Source of the DNA: Cryomorphaceae bacterium
GTDB lineage: Bacteria > Pseudomonadota > Gammaproteobacteria > Pseudomonadales > Halieaceae
DNA length: 64,000 bases
Assembly: GCA_047612385.1 (NCBI GenBank)
Contig: JBLGAR010000007.1
Coordinates: forward strand, 6,533 to 70,532
Direction: 5' to 3'
In this document: positions 60,845-64,000 of the stretch, piece by piece
Layout of the letters: each line of letters begins with the position of its first letter
How positions within the stretch are numbered: position 1 is the first letter of the stretch
Made by a program: the position numbers and the translations under genes
The notes under the pieces: model-generated
The model's database searches: none
Seen by the model: only the letters and a program-made list of their open reading frames with translations
What the model was told of the DNA's origin: nothing

Positions 60845-61579
60845 TCAGGATGCCTCGTCGCAAAGGCGCTGCGCTTGCGCTACATCCAAAGTGCCTTCGT
60901 AAATCGCGCGGCCGGTAATTGCACCGCAGATGCCCTGGCTGGCCACGGCACTTAACGCGCGAATATCGTCGAGGTTAGTAATCCCACCAGAGGCGATAAC
61001 CGGAATGCTCGAGGCCCTAGCCATTTCGAGAGTGGCTTCAACGTTCACTCCCTGCATCATTCCGTCACGGGCAATATCGGTGTACACAATTGCGCTGACG
61101 CCGTCGGACTCAAACTTCCTAGCCAAGTCATGGGCGTGAATTTCCGAGACTTCCGCCCAACCGTCGGTGGCAACCAAGCCATCCCTGGCATCCAGGCCAA
61201 CAATCACTTTTCCAGGAAAGGCTCGACAGGCCTCGCTGACAAACTCCGGGTCTTTGACGGCTTTGGTGCCAATGATCACAAAGCTAACGCCGGATTTTAT
61301 ATAGTGCTCTATGGTTTCCAGGTTGCGAATACCGCCGCCAATTTGTACCGGCAAATCGGGATAGGCGCGGGCAATTGCGGTTACCACATCACCATTGACA
61401 GGTTCGCCCGCAAACGCACCGTTGAGATCAACAAGATGCAAACGGCGGCAACCCGCATCAACCCATCTGGCCGCCATCGCAACAGGATCATCGGAGAATA
61501 CGGTTGAGTCGTCCATTAACCCCTGACGCAGACGCACGCAGGCACCATCTTTTAGATCAATGGCCGGGATAATTAGCAT
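60845..61579 (-). CDS. hisA: 1-(5-phosphoribosyl)-5-[(5-phosphoribosylamino)methylideneamino]imidazole-4-carboxamide isomerase
   Basis: [19 protein letters not shown] is the canonical HisA N-terminus (ATG 61579; the track start at 61591 adds 4 aa). Also [14 protein letters not shown] and ASGG. Confidence 0.93.
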   Translation of the reverse strand: MLIIPAIDLKDGACVRLRQGLMDDSTVFSDDPVAMAARWVDAGCRRLHLVDLNGAFAGEPVNGDVVTAIARAYPDLPVQIGGGIRNLETIEHYIKSGVSFVIIGTKAVKDPEFVSEACRAFPGKVIVGLDARDGLVATDGWAEVSEIHAHDLARKFESDGVSAIVYTDIARDGMMQGVNVEATLEMARASSIPVIASGGITNLDDIRALSAVASQGICGAITGRAIYEGTLDVAQAQRLCDEAS

Positions 61580-62226
61580 GTTCCATTCCACTCCAGAAAG
61601 TTGCGCAGCAATTGAAGCCCTGCGGTGTGGCTTTTCTCGGGGTGAAACTGAACAGCAAAGAGATTGTCTCGAGCCAATGCGGCGTTGGCCTGCACACCGT
61701 ACGCAACCTCGCCAGCCACTAGGCTGCGATCTTCTACATCACAGTAATAGCTATGAACAAAGTAGAAACGAGTTTTGTCAGCAATGCCCTGCCACAGCGG
61801 GTGATCAATGCGCTGTCGTACTTCATTCCAACCCATATGTGGAACTTTTAAACGCTGGCCATCAGCATCGTGGAGGGGGTTACCAAAGAACCGCACTTGC
61901 CCAGGAATAATATCCAGACAGGCGACACCTTCGTTCTCCTGGGAATGTGTCATCAGCGCCTGCATACCCACGCAAATAGCTAGAACCGGCTTGTGCTGCT
62001 CCTGCAAAACATCCAACAACAGTTCATCGCACTTAAGCCGGTGGATTTCCGCCATGCAATCGCGAATGGCGCCCACACCGGGGAAAACGACACGATCGGC
62101 TCTGCGTATTAAATCCGCGTCATGAGTGACCAACACTTCATCGGCGCCCACGTGCTCAAGCGCACTGGCGACAGAGTGCAAGTTTCCCATTCCGTAATCT
62201 ATAACTGCTACAACACCACTCATCAA
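61573..62226 (-). CDS. hisH: imidazole glycerol phosphate synthase glutamine amidotransferase subunit HisH
   Basis: 217 aa with [12 protein letters not shown], the catalytic ICVGMQ, and FHPEKS. Confidence 0.93.
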   Translation of the reverse strand: MMSGVVAVIDYGMGNLHSVASALEHVGADEVLVTHDADLIRRADRVVFPGVGAIRDCMAEIHRLKCDELLLDVLQEQHKPVLAICVGMQALMTHSQENEGVACLDIIPGQVRFFGNPLHDADGQRLKVPHMGWNEVRQRIDHPLWQGIADKTRFYFVHSYYCDVEDRSLVAGEVAYGVQANAALARDNLFAVQFHPEKSHTAGLQLLRNFLEWNGTC

Positions 62227-62251
62227 TGCGCCCTAACGATTCAACATGCGC

Positions 62252-62845
62252 TTAAAGAACACCTTTGGTAGACGGCATAATACCGGCCATGCGTTCGTCG
62301 GCTGTTAAGGCCATGCGCAGTGCGCGACCAAAGGCTTTAAAAACTGTTTCTATCTGGTGGTGCGTGTTGTCACCGCGCAAATTATCGACGTGCAGCGTGA
62401 CTTTAGCGTGATTGATAAATCCCTGAAAAAACTCCATGAACAAATCCACGTCAAACCCACCCACTGCTGAACGCGTGAACGGAACGTGAAATACAATACC
62501 GGGGCGCCCGGAGAAATCGACAACTACTCGAGACAATGCCTCGTCCAATGGCACGTAGGCATGGCCGTATCGCAACATACCTTTTTTGTCGCCGACAGCC
62601 TGGGCGACAGCCTGACCAAGAGTAATGCCGATGTCTTCGACGGTGTGGTGGTCGTCAATATGCAGATCGCCCTGCGCTTTGATGTCCAGATCAATTAAAC
62701 CGTGGCGCGCTATCTGATCCATCATGTGCTCAAGAAACGGAACACCGGTGTCGAAATTAGCTTTGCCGGTGCCGTCCAGATTCACCGAAACGGTGATCTG
62801 GGTTTCCAGGGTGTTACGCGTCACTGTGGCGATGCGATCGGCCAT
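62252..62845 (-). CDS. hisB: imidazoleglycerol-phosphate dehydratase
   Basis: 197 aa from [19 protein letters not shown] (ATG 62845). Motifs include [11 protein letters not shown] and G.N.HH..E..FKA. The track ORF has a 37-aa spurious extension. Confidence 0.93.
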   Translation of the reverse strand: MADRIATVTRNTLETQITVSVNLDGTGKANFDTGVPFLEHMMDQIARHGLIDLDIKAQGDLHIDDHHTVEDIGITLGQAVAQAVGDKKGMLRYGHAYVPLDEALSRVVVDFSGRPGIVFHVPFTRSAVGGFDVDLFMEFFQGFINHAKVTLHVDNLRGDNTHHQIETVFKAFGRALRMALTADERMAGIMPSTKGVL

Positions 62846-62996
62846 TGTGTTCTCCTCAATCCCGCGGCAAAAAATAAAAATGGGGCGGGTACCCAAAAAG
62901 CGGGACATTATAAAAGAAATGCCAACCGAATTCACTGGCGGTTTTACCACTGCCACTTTACCCTACGAGGCTTCAATACTGGGTCATATTTACAAC

Positions 62997-64000
62997 ATGC
63001 CAGCCAAAAAACACTTCGCCAAGCGCGTATTGGAGTGGTTCGACCATTCCGGCCGCAAAGACCTGCCCTGGCAGCAGGACACCAGCCCCTACCGGGTATG
63101 GGTGTCTGAAATTATGTTACAGCAAACCCAAGTCAAGACTGTGATCCCCTACTTTCATCGATTCATGGAAGTATTTCCCACCGTAAACGCGCTCGCAGAT
63201 GCGCCCCAAGACGAAGTGCTGCACCTGTGGACCGGCCTTGGCTACTACGCCAGAGCTAGAAATCTGCACAAAGCGGCGAAAATCATTAACGAAGAACTCA
63301 ATGGCGAATTTCCCAGCACCGTGGCGCAGCTGAGCGAGCTACCCGGAATAGGTAGAAGTACAGCCGGAGCGATTCGCAGTATCGCCTTTGGGCTTCCGGC
63401 AACCATCCTGGATGGCAACGTAAAGAGAGTGTTGGCGCGCCACGGTGCAGTAGAAGGCTGGCCCGGACAAACGGCTGTTCACACCCGCTTATGGGAAATA
63501 GCCGATAAGCACACACCAACCCAGCGCAATGCCGATTTCTCCCAGGCGATGATGGATTTAGGGGCAACCTTGTGCAGTCGATCCTCTCCCCAATGTGATC
63601 GATGCCCGGTACAACCCGATTGCGCAGCATTCAAAGCTGGCACAATGTTGTCCTATCCGGGGAAAAAGCCGCGTAAAACCACACCTGTGAAATCCACTAT
63701 TTTTCTCATGGTAAGCAGCGCAAATGGAGACATCCTGCTGGAAAAGCGACCCCCCAAAGGCATCTGGGGAGGGCTGTGGTGCTTTCCAGAGATACAATCC
63801 ACAGAAGATGCGGTCAACAAGTGCATAGATGACTGGGGAACCGAGCCTGCGCAAACTGAGACCTGGGAAACATTCCGCCACACTTTCAGCCACTATCATC
63901 TGGATATTCAGCCACTACGAGTAGTGCTTCCCAACAACCCTGAATCAGTCATGGATGCCAGCGAACAGCTCTGGTATAACGTTCAGCAACCGCCCAGTAT
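62997..64000 (+). CDS. mutY: adenine DNA glycosylase MutY, partial (C-terminus beyond the right window edge)
   Basis: Frame-0 translation from ATG 62997 reads MPAKKHFAKRVLEWFDHSGRKDLPWQQDTSPYRVWVSEIMLQQTQV...LWTGLGYYARARNLH...LPGIGRSTAGAI...DGNVKRVL...C.R..P.C..CP....C, the HhH-GPD domain plus 4Fe-4S loop. A NUDIX-like domain follows (FRHTFSHYHLDI). It is absent from the ORF track because it has no stop in the window. Confidence 0.9.
   Translation, partial: MPAKKHFAKRVLEWFDHSGRKDLPWQQDTSPYRVWVSEIMLQQTQVKTVIPYFHRFMEVFPTVNALADAPQDEVLHLWTGLGYYARARNLHKAAKIINEELNGEFPSTVAQLSELPGIGRSTAGAIRSIAFGLPATILDGNVKRVLARHGAVEGWPGQTAVHTRLWEIADKHTPTQRNADFSQAMMDLGATLCSRSSPQCDRCPVQPDCAAFKAGTMLSYPGKKPRKTTPVKSTIFLMVSSANGDILLEKRPPKGIWGGLWCFPEIQSTEDAVNKCIDDWGTEPAQTETWETFRHTFSHYHLDIQPLRVVLPNNPESVMDASEQLWYNVQQPPS

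Noticed and set aside
63298-63899. Three minus-strand ORFs (110, 113 and 76 aa) near the right edge
   Set aside because: All are antisense shadows of the plus-strand mutY reading frame, which shows the full HhH-GPD, Fe-S and NUDIX-like motif series.

Overview
This 64-kb window looks like core chromosome of a gammaproteobacterium. Gene order closely follows the Pseudomonas-type backbone. On the minus strand it runs aroB-aroK-pilQPONM, followed on the plus strand by ponA. It continues with malic enzyme, rpmE, priA-argS-SPOR-hslVU-DUF971-ubiE-ubiJ-ubiB-hisIE-tatABC, pntAA/AB/B, efp with epmA and epmB, serB, parC, slyD, dtd, typA, glnA, ntrBC, trmL-secB-grxC-rhodanese, gpmI-envC-ctpA-yibQ, hisFAHB and mutY. 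I support about 60 protein-coding genes; two run off the window edges and are therefore missing from the ORF track (aroB at the left, mutY at the right). I also call a few pattern-based regulatory sites: a sigma32 promoter for hslVU, sigma54 promoters with NtrC-type dyads for glnA and ntrB, and three intrinsic terminators. I saw no rRNA, tRNA, CRISPR array, transposase, integrase or phage genes, and nothing resembling a mobile or defense island. Most of the window is ordinary housekeeping DNA. The least ordinary items are these. (1) A two-gene operon encodes a FAN1-like VRR-NUC nuclease and an XPD/DinG-type Fe-S helicase that carries an extra N-terminal RecB/Cas4-like nuclease domain. (2) Three poorly characterised signalling-type proteins sit around serB and parC: a 599-aa protein with a degenerate PilZ-like C-terminus, an Smp/AhpA-like membrane protein fused to a cyclase-like domain that appears catalytically dead, and a cNMP-binding protein. 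(3) Three tandem 26-bp repeats lie in the pilM/ponA divergent promoter region. (4) The envC-like gene has no canonical start codon near its signal peptide. (5) ntrB has its own sigma54/NtrC-type promoter. All functional calls come from reading the translations by eye; no database search was run.
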